In this document: positions 1 through 9,768 of the stretch, in pieces
Layout: each line of letters opens with the position of its first letter
Position numbering within the stretch: the first letter of the stretch is position 1
Assembly (NCBI GenBank): GCA_001824825.1
Contig: MHTK01000002.1
Coordinates: 70,020 to 134,019, forward strand
Reading direction: 5' to 3'
Length of the DNA stretch: 64,000 nucleotides
Source: Candidatus Vogelbacteria bacterium RIFOXYD1_FULL_46_19
GTDB lineage: Bacteria; Patescibacteriota; Minisyncoccia; Phycocordibacterales; XYD1-FULL-46-19
The notes under the pieces: generated by a model
Databases searched by the model: none
Told to the model about the DNA's origin: nothing
What the model saw: only the letters and a program-made list of their open reading frames with translations
Position numbers and translations under genes: made by a program

Positions 1-5
1 GGTCA

Positions 6-395
6 TCATTTTGTTGATTGTTTAGGTTGATGGGGTTTTACTCTGGGAACTAATTTTGCCAATTTTTCCTCGGCTTTAACTGTCATCGAAGTGACCACCA
101 CCATCGCTGTCCAACCCGGTAAATTATTTAAATAGGGTATAAATTCCAGGACCGGCATCCCAAAAAAAGAAATCGTGCGCCATTTGTTACCTAAAAATTT
201 TACTCCTTTCATTGTAAACCATAACCAAAAGGTAAGCCAAGCAAAAGGCCACACAATATAGCCCGCTACCACGCCCCCGATCCCCCCAAGTGGTAAAGTC
301 ACAAAAGTAAAAAAAGCCGGAATGCCATCAAAAAACAAAGCGGTAGCTATCATAAAAAAATTATCTATAAAGTTTAGTTTCGGCTGATCAGACAT
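6..395 (-). CDS. small polytopic membrane protein, last gene of T4SS-like operon
   Basis: 129-aa ORF with three hydrophobic segments; its start overlaps the end of the VirB4-like ORF (388..2208) by 8 nt, consistent with translational coupling. Confidence 0.5.
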   Translation of the reverse strand: MSDQPKLNFIDNFFMIATALFFDGIPAFFTFVTLPLGGIGGVVAGYIVWPFAWLTFWLWFTMKGVKFLGNKWRTISFFGMPVLEFIPYLNNLPGWTAMVVVTSMTVKAEEKLAKLVPRVKPHQPKQSTK

Positions 396-2208
396 TACCG
401 GGCGAGGATTGCATTTTTAACTCATCTTTGGCTTTTTTGATAGAGAGTAGTTGGGATGGGTCGGAAGTAATAATCTGGTCTTCGGTATAAGAGGCAATAA
501 TTTTAATCGCCACCCGCTTCAGGCCGGCAAAAAAGATTCCTTCACCCACATTAGACTCCAACAGTAAGAATTTTTCTTCATCAGTTAGATTGAAAGTTTG
601 TTGGATTAGGTCGATTGAAGCTGGCGACTGTTTGAGGAGGAGTTGGAGGGAGGAGTTGGTGATAATTGGTGTTCCATAAGGGCTACGGAGGAAGTCCCCT
701 ACGTCTTGGGTGATAGTGGCGACACCCAAGTAGTATTTACGACCTCGCTTGACCAAGGAGAAGAGAAAAGAGGCAGTGTCCTCGGCCTTCATCATCCACC
801 AAGCCTCATCCACCACCATGAGGCGCTTTTTTAAATTACGGCGAATAGTGTTCCAAATGTGGTGCATCACAATGTACATAGCGACCGGCTTCAAATCGTC
901 TTCCATGTCTCGAACGGAAAAGACCACAAATTGTTTATTGATATCCACGTTGGTTGGCTTATTCAAAAAGCCCGACCAGGTGCCCTGGGTGTATTTAGCC
1001 AGACGCTGGGCCAGGGACTCCCCGCCTTCCATCCCCGCCAAAACTAATTCCAGGTCAGACAAAAGTGGGACCGGTTTGTTGGTAAAGTCGGTGCTGGGGG
1101 TAATATCTTTGAGGGCGTAAGTCTCGGAAATGGCATTGTCTATAATCGAGTCCTCTTCCGGGGTTAAGCCCCCAAGCATAATACGCATCAAGCCGACTAG
1201 GTTGATAATATTAGACCGCAAGACGTCGGCCGGAGCCTCGTCTTCTCGCGGAAAAGGTAGATCAAACGGGTTGATATGATGCTCTGATGACAAAGAAATA
1301 TTGAAATAGCGTCCGCCCACAGCTTCGGCTAAAAATTCATACTCTCGCTCCGGGTCGATGACAATAACGTCGATACCGTACATTAAGCTACGTAAGAGCT
1401 CTAACTTGGTGGCATAAGATTTGCCGGAACCAGACTTGGCAAAAGTGACCGAGTTGTAGTTTTCAAGGGAAAAGCGATCAAAGAGAACGAGGGACGAGTT
1501 GTGGCGGTTGACGCCGTAGAGGATCCCCTGATTGGAGGTGAGGTCGAAAGATACAAAAGGGAAAAGGCTAGATAAGGGCGAGGAGTTGAGTTTGGTGTGG
1601 ATAGATAAAACATCATCACCAAGAGGGGCTACACTCTGGAACCCTTCTTGTTGTTGAAAGAGGGCCGGTTTAATGTAAACCAGCTTGGCGTCTAAAATAG
1701 ACTTGATTTCGGACTCAGTCAGGTCCAACTCTTCTTTGTCAGCCCCGTAAATGGTGATATAGACGCCAATATCAAAAATTCTTTCCTGGGCTTGCTGAAG
1801 CTGGTCGCGCAGAGTTTCAATATCGGAGTAGGCTGTATCCAAAATAGGATCCCGGACAAAACCTCGTTCTTCCTTAATACTAATCTGACTTTCTACCTCG
1901 GCTAATTTTTTTTGTAAATCACGCAAGGCGGTCCCAGTATCGATAGGGTGGATAAAAATTGACACATCGAACACCTTATCTAGGTTGATGATCGGTGAAA
2001 ACCATTCTTCGGTTAAAAAACGTGGATAAGAGATAATAAAGAAGGTGCGGGCCATCTTGCTACCCAAGCTCACTTGATTGGGGGTGATACGTAGAGCCGA
2101 CGGCGCAATAATGTCACGGAGCTCCAGTACCCCCATATCGTAGATATCTTGGGGCATCACCGGGTTGATGTTTGGAGTATTTTTTTCTTTTTTATTAAGT
2201 GGCCACAT
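388..2208 (-). CDS. VirB4/TraE/PrgJ-like type IV secretion ATPase, core ATPase part (606 aa)
   Basis: Walker A KSGSGKS, Walker B MVVDEAWW (DEAW signature of VirB4 family), N-terminal YPRFLTEEWFSPII resembles conserved VirB4 linker; directly follows in same frame the N-domain ORF 2212..2856. Confidence 0.8.
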   Translation of the reverse strand: MWPLNKKEKNTPNINPVMPQDIYDMGVLELRDIIAPSALRITPNQVSLGSKMARTFFIISYPRFLTEEWFSPIINLDKVFDVSIFIHPIDTGTALRDLQKKLAEVESQISIKEERGFVRDPILDTAYSDIETLRDQLQQAQERIFDIGVYITIYGADKEELDLTESEIKSILDAKLVYIKPALFQQQEGFQSVAPLGDDVLSIHTKLNSSPLSSLFPFVSFDLTSNQGILYGVNRHNSSLVLFDRFSLENYNSVTFAKSGSGKSYATKLELLRSLMYGIDVIVIDPEREYEFLAEAVGGRYFNISLSSEHHINPFDLPFPREDEAPADVLRSNIINLVGLMRIMLGGLTPEEDSIIDNAISETYALKDITPSTDFTNKPVPLLSDLELVLAGMEGGESLAQRLAKYTQGTWSGFLNKPTNVDINKQFVVFSVRDMEDDLKPVAMYIVMHHIWNTIRRNLKKRLMVVDEAWWMMKAEDTASFLFSLVKRGRKYYLGVATITQDVGDFLRSPYGTPIITNSSLQLLLKQSPASIDLIQQTFNLTDEEKFLLLESNVGEGIFFAGLKRVAIKIIASYTEDQIITSDPSQLLSIKKAKDELKMQSSPGNV

Positions 2209-2211
2209 AAA

Positions 2212-2856
2212 TTAGGTTTTTACTGTTGGTACTCCTCGTTCGCCTGGGTTGAATATTTTAAAGTATAACTCAATCAATTCTTCTGTATTTAAACGAGCGG
2301 TTTTTACCCCTACTCGCCCCAGGCCGTCGGCTACCACTCCCAAGCGCTGTTCCAGTTGAACTTTATTATTTTGGAAATCTTCTTTGGTGGCGATTTTGGT
2401 GGTTTGTTGTTTGGATTTAGATAAGAAAGGTAGTTTAGACATTATAGTATCAGTGGTTTGAATAACTGATGGCTGATACGGGACGACAATAAAAAAGGTT
2501 TTTGTCATCACATTAGTAGCCTCGGTGAAAGTCTTGATAAAGTTCATATACTCGCGGGACTGAATTTTAATCAGTTCATTAACATGCTCCTTGGTGACCG
2601 CTTCTAAACTTGCTAAATAGGGCTGAATATCAAGCTTTTTTGACTGCAGATGAATTTGAATGGAAAAATCAAGCGAGTTTAAAAAATTTTGATACTGCAT
2701 AATAACCGCTTCTCGTTCGTCGGTGGACTTGAGAGCAAAGTTGATCGATGAGCCGATTAGTACTCCGCGATAGCTACCATCTTTTAAAATGACAATCCCG
2801 TCGCGAATTTCACGTAGGGCGACAAAATCTTGCGTTGGCTTTGCTTTAATGGCCAT
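2212..2856 (-). CDS. VirB4-family N-terminal domain encoded as separate 214-aa ORF (split gene or pseudogenised N-part)
   Basis: Sequence IRDGIVILKDGSYRGVLIGSSINFALKSTDEREAVIMQYQNFLNSLDFSIQI matches the characteristic N-terminus of Gram-positive VirB4 (TcpF/PrgJ/TraE type); ends at TAA 2212-2214, 3 nt before and in frame with ATG of 388..2208. Confidence 0.6.
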   Translation of the reverse strand: MAIKAKPTQDFVALREIRDGIVILKDGSYRGVLIGSSINFALKSTDEREAVIMQYQNFLNSLDFSIQIHLQSKKLDIQPYLASLEAVTKEHVNELIKIQSREYMNFIKTFTEATNVMTKTFFIVVPYQPSVIQTTDTIMSKLPFLSKSKQQTTKIATKEDFQNNKVQLEQRLGVVADGLGRVGVKTARLNTEELIELYFKIFNPGERGVPTVKT

Positions 2857-2858
2857 AG

Positions 2859-3257
2859 CTAATTGATATGTTCTTTAACATCTAAACTCCAAGACAACTG
2901 GTCTAACCGGCTCTCTGATATTTTTGGTAAGTCGATAGCGGCTTGGGCAACGACGGGTTTGGAGCGGGGTTGAGCGGTGGAACCTTTTTGCCAGATGTAT
3001 AGTTTGCTACCGAGGTAATATTTGAGCATTGACTGAATCACGTAAATTAACGAGCGGTTATTGAGTTTGTAGAAAGCGAGACCCAAGCCGCCGGCGATAG
3101 CTATGGCCATCGGCACCAAGGCGATATAAAGCGGTAACAAGACATAAAGTAAAAAGGCTACCGCCAGTCCCCCGACCACGAAAATAAACTGCGGAAATGA
3201 CAAGGGGCCAAAAATTTTATTTTCGACTTCGATAAATTGTGGCACTTGGAAGTTCAT
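2859..3257 (-). CDS. PrgI/VirB3-like two-transmembrane T4SS protein
   Basis: 132 aa, two adjacent TM helices, positioned immediately upstream of VirB4 as in Gram-positive T4SS loci. Confidence 0.55.
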   Translation of the reverse strand: MNFQVPQFIEVENKIFGPLSFPQFIFVVGGLAVAFLLYVLLPLYIALVPMAIAIAGGLGLAFYKLNNRSLIYVIQSMLKYYLGSKLYIWQKGSTAQPRSKPVVAQAAIDLPKISESRLDQLSWSLDVKEHIN

Positions 3258-3488
3258 TCTATATATTTTGCTCGGTTGGAGTCATTTAGTCTGACGGTTT
3301 AAAACTTTAGGTATTAAATTAAGGACTTAAGTCTCCCTATTATTTCCATCTTTTATTTTTACCCTACTGGTTCACTAATTATACTACAGATCGTTCTTTA
3401 GTGGTGAATAGGTTGTTGAAAATAGTTAGGTTTTAGAAAATAAGGGTGAGGAAAAAGGCTGCCATCATCCCTGCCGTATGATTACTCT

Positions 3489-3953
3489 TTACTCTACCGA
3501 TTCGCGATAGGGGTCGGCGTCAGCCAAGCGTGACGGAGCCGGAGGTAGGTTTACATCATCCGACTCCCCGGTTTCAAAAATAGATTGCATTTTTTGGTTA
3601 AAAATGTTTTGGCCGGGCTTGGCAACAGGTGTTTCTAGGGGAGGATTTTTTAAGTAATCGCGAACTTGAGCAAATATTTTAAGGTCAATTTCGTGGGCAA
3701 TATCATTGGCTTTGGTTTGATCAAGGTTTAAGGTGCGAGCCAAGCGGGCGGCAAACAAGTGAGGCCGGGTAAAGCCAAAGAGGACTAAACCGGTTTCATC
3801 GGCCACTTTCCCAATCTCGTCAATATGGAGCTGGTGCTGGTCGCCAATCGCTTTAATAATTTTTGCGGTATCAACCGACAAGACAGCGTCTTGGACGATA
3901 GCTGGTAGACTTTTGAAACGTTCTTGAATTTGTTCGTGGGTGTAATCGGACAT
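3489..3953 (-). CDS. hypothetical protein in T4SS-like operon
   Basis: 154-aa ORF, soluble, no recognisable motif; operonic position between VirB6-like and PrgI-like genes. Confidence 0.5.
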   Translation of the reverse strand: MSDYTHEQIQERFKSLPAIVQDAVLSVDTAKIIKAIGDQHQLHIDEIGKVADETGLVLFGFTRPHLFAARLARTLNLDQTKANDIAHEIDLKIFAQVRDYLKNPPLETPVAKPGQNIFNQKMQSIFETGESDDVNLPPAPSRLADADPYRESVE

Positions 3954-3961
3954 TAATTATA

Positions 3962-6562
3962 TTAGTTATAGGTTGTTTTTGGACCAAATCTATCAGGTTT
4001 TTGATAGTCACCCGCTCCAGCCGGGGTTACCACTTCTGGGGTTTTAGGGGCAGCTGGCTTAGGTGTAGCTCGGGTGGCTAGATACTCTTTTGTCTCACTA
4101 TTTCCGTGCGAGTCAATTGCTTTTTCAAGTTGACGCCAGTTATTAGCGCTCATGTTTCCACTTTTCTCTATTTGCTCCAAGTCTTTTGGAGTCACTTCTT
4201 TAACTATTTTTTCATTAGCGAGGATTTCGGGCTTGATAGCCGCTCGGTTCTTGTAGGTTAGTTTACCCATTTCCTCAATGATGGTCGTGGCGGTCTGGTC
4301 GTCTAGTGACTGTAAGTCGGTGGCGTGGTTGTTGATGGCTTCTATAGCAGTGGCCGTGTCGTCTTTAGCCGCTTGCTCCATTAAATCTTTTTGAGCCTTT
4401 TTGATTTTATGGTCTTTGTCGCCAGCTTGGCCTTTACGTAGGGCGCTTATAGCTTGTTTTAGACTCTCGTTTGGTCCCTTGTTAGCTTCGGTTTCAAATA
4501 TGGCTTTATCGGTGTCGGAGAGGGCTTCGTAAGCCAGTTTCTGGTAGTCTGCACTTAAGGCGGCAAAGTTCTTTAATTGTTCTTCATTGTTGGCCTCTTT
4601 TGTTACCGGCTTGCCATCTTTATCTTTTACTACGTTACCCTCGGCATCCTTAACTACCGTCTGTCTCAGTTCTTCCCGCAAGCGCTTGCCGAACTCCTCA
4701 TCAGCTTTTTCTCTCCTTTCTGGATCTTTAATTCCATTGCGCAGGGCTTTCATGTTTTCAGCTAGGGCTGGATTATCTTTAACGTTTTTGATTTCCAGAT
4801 CAGCTTTTTCTCGGTCACTTAGCTTCTCGTAATTCTTCTTGCGGTCTTCTTCATTTAGGTTACTCAAATATTCCGCTTTAAGTTTAGGATTACGCAATTG
4901 CCCTGCTATTTCTTCTTGGCGCTTTTGTCGTCTGTCTACGGTTTGAGTGTAGCCCCGGTCGGTACCGAAGCCATATCCAGCCACACCCGCCATTGCTTTA
5001 TTGGCTGCCCAGCCTATCTTTGGAGTTTTAGCTGTTAATTTTTTCATTCCATCTGAATTCTGAGCCTTCTTAGCAAGTATACCAATAGTGTTGCGTCCAG
5101 CTACACCAACAGCTCCTACAGTAGCGCCCCGTGCTGCCCACTTGGACAAACCAATTGCTTTGTTTGAAAAAGAGCTTCCTAGTTGACAGCCAACTTTCTG
5201 GGCAATTAACATTGAACCTAGCATTAAGCCGTTTAAGGTTAAAAAGGTAAAAATTTGTCCGGTCGGACCACTGGTGGTAATAGAATTAGAAGCTGCAGTA
5301 TTTAAATTTTTCATTATACCCAGTGTCACATACAAAAAAAACATAAATAGTGGGGCAAATAGCAGGTCACAGCGTAATCTGGTTGACCATAGGTTAAAAA
5401 CTTCTTTCAAGGGCGTGAAAGTATAGCCCAAAAAAGCTAAAGGTGAGGTCATGATTAAAAATAGGAGCGATACTCCTCGAATTAAAAACAAAAGAGAGGC
5501 TGCTAGAAGGGTAAATATGGTTATGGTTTGTAATATTAAAATCCCAATGTTTTTTACAAGTACCCCAGCAGTTAGCTTGAAATAGCCACTATTGTAGTCA
5601 TTGGGAGATTTAATTCCTTCAAAAAATGATAATTGATCTCTGAATGGTTGAGCGATACTTGGATCTTTATTGGGGTCATCTCCAATTTGTTGGTAAAAAG
5701 TCATGGCCACAATATTGGAGGCATCAATGGCAACTTTGGTTATAAAACCACTGAAATTAACCAGTAAGGCTATGACTATCACATTGACCAAGGTTTTTTT
5801 GGTGTTGACATTTGGTAGTTGTAAGATGGTTCCAATGGCAAGGTAAAGTAATATAAAAATAAAGAAAATGTTAGACAAGTCTCTGGCAACCGTCCATCCA
5901 ATATCAATTACCGACAAGTCTGTTACGTAATCCCTGAAGTCGGTGATAGTGGTTTTAACTATGTAAGCAAAAAGGGTATCAGCTAAACTAATTACCCAAG
6001 TGTAAAGCCACAGTAAAATACTAGATATGCCGTCTAAAATCCCTGCAAGACAGCCGTCCCAATTTGGATTAGTGCTGATAAGGTTGCAGTTGTAAACTTG
6101 CTGATCTCGTATGTTTTGAACTCTTTCACTGTAGGTGTTACTACTGGTTGTGCTGTCTTGAAGACGTTCCTCTCTAAGAGCAATTTGTTCTCTTAGTCTT
6201 TCAGCTTCCTGGGTGTTGTTATTATCTTCCGCAATTTGGGCGAGCGCATTATCTCTCTGAATAGTTAATCTTTGGATTTCTCTTCCTATTTCACCTATAG
6301 CCAAAATGTTGTCTTCTGCATCTCTATCCCCATCAATTCCAAGCCAATTTGTAAAAAAATCACTCCACCTTGTGGTTCCCCAGTCAGCCTGGCTTGCTGC
6401 TAATTCATCATATTGATTTTGTAGATTTGCTATATCTTCCTCAATTATTCTTACGAATTCCTCTTGGGATATTGGAGTTTGGGCATTTATTAATAGGGGT
6501 GATAGTAAAGTACATATCACTAAAGTAGAAATAATAATTTTTTTTAAGAATGAGATTCTCAT
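3962..6562 (-). CDS. VirB6/TrbL/TcpH-like polytopic membrane protein with long charged C-terminal tail
   Basis: 866 aa; N-terminal signal/TM, block of ~7-8 TM helices in aa ~180-470, then ~400-aa K/E/D-rich low-complexity tail; start overlaps upstream ORF by 4 nt. Confidence 0.65.
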   Translation of the reverse strand: MRISFLKKIIISTLVICTLLSPLLINAQTPISQEEFVRIIEEDIANLQNQYDELAASQADWGTTRWSDFFTNWLGIDGDRDAEDNILAIGEIGREIQRLTIQRDNALAQIAEDNNNTQEAERLREQIALREERLQDSTTSSNTYSERVQNIRDQQVYNCNLISTNPNWDGCLAGILDGISSILLWLYTWVISLADTLFAYIVKTTITDFRDYVTDLSVIDIGWTVARDLSNIFFIFILLYLAIGTILQLPNVNTKKTLVNVIVIALLVNFSGFITKVAIDASNIVAMTFYQQIGDDPNKDPSIAQPFRDQLSFFEGIKSPNDYNSGYFKLTAGVLVKNIGILILQTITIFTLLAASLLFLIRGVSLLFLIMTSPLAFLGYTFTPLKEVFNLWSTRLRCDLLFAPLFMFFLYVTLGIMKNLNTAASNSITTSGPTGQIFTFLTLNGLMLGSMLIAQKVGCQLGSSFSNKAIGLSKWAARGATVGAVGVAGRNTIGILAKKAQNSDGMKKLTAKTPKIGWAANKAMAGVAGYGFGTDRGYTQTVDRRQKRQEEIAGQLRNPKLKAEYLSNLNEEDRKKNYEKLSDREKADLEIKNVKDNPALAENMKALRNGIKDPERREKADEEFGKRLREELRQTVVKDAEGNVVKDKDGKPVTKEANNEEQLKNFAALSADYQKLAYEALSDTDKAIFETEANKGPNESLKQAISALRKGQAGDKDHKIKKAQKDLMEQAAKDDTATAIEAINNHATDLQSLDDQTATTIIEEMGKLTYKNRAAIKPEILANEKIVKEVTPKDLEQIEKSGNMSANNWRQLEKAIDSHGNSETKEYLATRATPKPAAPKTPEVVTPAGAGDYQKPDRFGPKTTYN

Positions 6563-9500
6563 CTTGCTAGGGTGATTGATTTAGTGATGTTCCCACCAGG
6601 GCTGGTGCATTCTAGCGAATAGTTGGGAGACAGGCTCGCGTCTATTGCTAAGCCATTTAAAGCAAAATAATAAGAACTAAAAACTGGATAAGCCGGATTG
6701 GTTGACGAGTTTCTGGCTAAGTTTATTTTTTCTAGTAATTTTTGACCTAGTTGGGATTGGGTTAGATTTTCAGTTACGGTAAATTCAACTAAATTAGTGG
6801 ACCCTACGTAAGGCCAAAAGGATACGGTGTATTTATCTCCAATTTGGATATCAGCCGGTAGCGGTAGTTTGTTAAGAGTAGATGTTTTAGAAGAGTTAAC
6901 CGAAGTGGCTATTTCTATGGAGTTATCAACATTGTTTCGAGTACGAATGAAACGCGGTTTGAAATTTAGGGGCAAAGATATGGTTCTTTCACTCTCACTA
7001 GGTACAACTGACCCTTTGGCATAGATTAAAGTGGGAGCGTCTGTACTATTTCCAGAAAACCAGTTGTTGGTCGCTCGACAGTTTGTGGCGCCAGGTATAG
7101 ACCAAGCTAGTTGGGCGGTGTTTGGTTGCCCGGCATTAACTTGAGAAAGTGGCAAAAGACTGTAATCAAAACTAGGTTCGGTGACAGGATTGTCGCTTTC
7201 TCCACTTCCTCCACCACCAAATAAGCTACCCAAGAGGTTTAAGATTTGGCCAATATCAAAGGAACCGGGGCCGGAACCCCCACCACCTTGGTCTGATGGG
7301 GTGTGCGTCCTAACTTCCTCTAAAGTTGGCCCACCACCAGGTGAAACATCGCCCGGCTCAGCTTCTTTATACAAATCTAAGCGGTAATTAAGGATGTCGG
7401 CAGCAGTTTCTTTGACTTGAATAGCCGGGGTAATAGTCTTCCACCGGCGACAAGCTTGACCGTCTTCGGTAAACTCTTCACACTCGCGGACTGGTAGATA
7501 GCCTTGGGCGGCTACTATTTGATTAATAGCGTCATTTTCTGCATCTGCTTGTCGTTGGACCAAGATTCGTTGATTGATTTTATAAGATGTTTCGGGACTG
7601 TTTGGAATAAAAGGATTTCTAATATTTTGATATAGTTTGGTCCACTCTTCACTGTCTGTTACTTCGCCCGTCACAAATCGTTGATAGTCTTCCAAAGAAA
7701 CTGTTGAAGTATCTGGTTTGATTGGGAGTTCTTTTAAAATTAAACTCTTGGAGACAACTTTGAATGAATCTTCAGATTTATCTAGATCATCCAAAAACAC
7801 ATTGGTTGCTTCAGGAATTACCAACTCATCCAAATGTGTCCTCAGGTTTTCCACATAAAGCGGCGCGTCTGGGCCTTGGCCGGTCGAGTCGTAACCTTTT
7901 TTGGTGTAGTCGATAAGCTCGGTTCGGTATTGTTCGGACTCTTCGTTGGCTTGTCGCCTTAGATCGACATCTTCGATAAATTCTTTTTGTTCGAAGGCGG
8001 TTTGGATGCGTTGAATCGATTTTAAGTAAGTACACATTTCGACGGTCAACTCTTCGATTTTTTTGGTGGTCTTGTCAATTTCACCGGCATAATTGTCGAT
8101 ACTGACGGTGGTCCTCATTAGTTTACCCTCTACCTCTTGAACGGGTACGTACACTCCTAAGCCCGGGATCGGTAAGTTTAGACCGCCTAATATTGGAACG
8201 TTGCCGAGTAAACCCCCAGCTACATTACCCACCGCTCCTTGCACCACGTTTCCTACTGCTCCGGTGATGCCAGTAGCCCCCAGTACATTGCTGGCAAACC
8301 CATCTAGGGCGCCACTAAAGCTATCGGTAATACCTCCCAAGACGCCACCAAAGGCGTCGGTGATCGGGCTGGTGATGTTGCCGATTAGGTTGCTGGTCAT
8401 ATCGGTAATTGGCGACAGGACCGAATCGGTAATACTGTCTAACATTCCGGTGACTGGGCTCATGATGCCGTCCATTAAACCACTTAGCTGATCAGTGATG
8501 GGAGAAATCAGGCCGTCGGTGATACCACTTAAGGCATCATCAAATACACCGGTGAATTGGCCAATAGTGTCGCCAATCACATCATCAAACACGCCAGTTA
8601 GTTCACCAAAAGTTTGGTCGATCACTGAGTCAAATTCGCCTAGTACTCCGTCTAAGACTCCGTCTAACATAGAGTCAAATTCGCCCGTTAAATCGTCTAA
8701 AATACCGCTGAGTTGTTGATCAATAACACCGGTAAATTGGCCCATCGTTTGATTAATAACATCATCTAAACTGCCGAGGGACTGGTCTAAAATTGAATCT
8801 AAGTTACCGGTGACCGAGTCTAAGACACCGTTTGTGATTTGATCGATAGATGCGTTAAGTCCGTCTAGAGCGGTGCCGGTGAATTCGTTTAACATTTCAT
8901 CGGTCAGGCGGTCGATCATGTCACTCGTTACCCCCGCTTCCCCGCTAAGTTCGTCGATTAGACCATCTTGAATCAGGGCACCTAATTCGGCCTCCATAAT
9001 TTGGGGTAGTTGTTCGGCTAGGGCTCCCGGTAACTGAGTGGTGAGGATTTCTTGCATCGCCGCCGGCAGGCCACTTCGGACGCTGTTTTGTAGAGCGTCG
9101 GGTAGTCCCGCTTCAATACTGCCCGTCATCGCTTGGCCAAAGTTGTCTTGAATCGAGCTGGTCATCAAGTCGGACATTATTTGTGACAAATCTTCTCGGA
9201 GGAGGGGTTCGATCCCTCCGTTGGTGGCGGCGTTGATGGCCTCGGGTAAGCGGTCTTGTAAGTCGGCTCGGACTAGATTGCCAAGTTCTTCGGGTAAATG
9301 TTCACGGACTTGGGTGTTTAGTTCAGCCGGTAGGCGGGTGGCAATTTCCTCTTGCAACTCAGCTGGCAAATTATCTTGCAGGACGTCGGAGGTGGCTTGG
9401 TTTAGAGCTTGGTTCATGGCTTGCCCGGCGGGGCTAGCGGCTCCCATTCCCCCTATACCACTTTCTTCCAGACATTTCTTTAAGTCTTCTTTTTGTTGTT

Positions 9501-9768
9501 GCTCTAATTTTTGTGCCTCCTCTTTAGATGCTTCCACATTAGCCTCGGCCCTTGGGTCATTTCCCCCACTATTGTTTATTTCTCGAGTAGAACTGAAGTT
9601 AAACCCACCCATACTGTGAGTAGAGGTGACACCGTTGGGGGTAGTAAATCCACCCTGAGCTTTTAAGCGAGGTAAGCCGATCATAAAAACAAAGATCACT
9701 AGGATTAATCCGATGGCGGCCAAAGTGATAGTTGTTTTAAGAGAAAAACGGTTCATAAATCTAATCAA
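6559..9768 (-). CDS. large secreted/surface protein with hendecad (11-residue) tandem repeats and Cys-containing C-terminal domain
   Basis: 1069 aa; N-terminal TM/signal; LPxxLxxxI-type repeats aa ~130-260, then about 200 aa of FxxVxDxxxGx 11-mer repeats, glycine linker GGGGSGPGS, non-repetitive C-terminus; overlaps VirB6-like gene by 4 nt. Confidence 0.7.
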   Translation of the reverse strand: MIRFMNRFSLKTTITLAAIGLILVIFVFMIGLPRLKAQGGFTTPNGVTSTHSMGGFNFSSTREINNSGGNDPRAEANVEASKEEAQKLEQQQKEDLKKCLEESGIGGMGAASPAGQAMNQALNQATSDVLQDNLPAELQEEIATRLPAELNTQVREHLPEELGNLVRADLQDRLPEAINAATNGGIEPLLREDLSQIMSDLMTSSIQDNFGQAMTGSIEAGLPDALQNSVRSGLPAAMQEILTTQLPGALAEQLPQIMEAELGALIQDGLIDELSGEAGVTSDMIDRLTDEMLNEFTGTALDGLNASIDQITNGVLDSVTGNLDSILDQSLGSLDDVINQTMGQFTGVIDQQLSGILDDLTGEFDSMLDGVLDGVLGEFDSVIDQTFGELTGVFDDVIGDTIGQFTGVFDDALSGITDGLISPITDQLSGLMDGIMSPVTGMLDSITDSVLSPITDMTSNLIGNITSPITDAFGGVLGGITDSFSGALDGFASNVLGATGITGAVGNVVQGAVGNVAGGLLGNVPILGGLNLPIPGLGVYVPVQEVEGKLMRTTVSIDNYAGEIDKTTKKIEELTVEMCTYLKSIQRIQTAFEQKEFIEDVDLRRQANEESEQYRTELIDYTKKGYDSTGQGPDAPLYVENLRTHLDELVIPEATNVFLDDLDKSEDSFKVVSKSLILKELPIKPDTSTVSLEDYQRFVTGEVTDSEEWTKLYQNIRNPFIPNSPETSYKINQRILVQRQADAENDAINQIVAAQGYLPVRECEEFTEDGQACRRWKTITPAIQVKETAADILNYRLDLYKEAEPGDVSPGGGPTLEEVRTHTPSDQGGGGSGPGSFDIGQILNLLGSLFGGGGSGESDNPVTEPSFDYSLLPLSQVNAGQPNTAQLAWSIPGATNCRATNNWFSGNSTDAPTLIYAKGSVVPSESERTISLPLNFKPRFIRTRNNVDNSIEIATSVNSSKTSTLNKLPLPADIQIGDKYTVSFWPYVGSTNLVEFTVTENLTQSQLGQKLLEKINLARNSSTNPAYPVFSSYYFALNGLAIDASLSPNYSLECTSPGGNITKSITLAR
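8270..8900 (-). repeat. degenerate 33-nt periodic coding repeats (hendecad peptide repeats)
   Basis: Recurring motifs such as atcatcaaa[ct]acaccggtgaattggcc and gagtcaaattcgcc at ~33-nt spacing inside ORF 6559..9768. Confidence 0.6.

Noticed and set aside
643-1622. ORFs 643..834, 749..1120, 859..1047 (+) and 1401..1622 (-) inside the VirB4 gene
   Set aside because: Embedded in or antisense to a well-supported CDS with conserved ATPase motifs; short, low-complexity translations; treated as spurious. The same reasoning applies to other short antisense ORFs listed in the track (e.g. 4577..4832, 6827..9619, 13459..14970, 16104..17223, 20038..20500, 22842..23526, 24008..24881, 25327..26473, 26621..28456, 29137..29955, 33638..33982, 35137..35469, 36225..37232, 45803..46953, 47628..47840, 48429..48704, 51200..51826, 52586..53571, 54179..55029, 55356..56538, 59232..59495, 60766..61430, 61666..62454).
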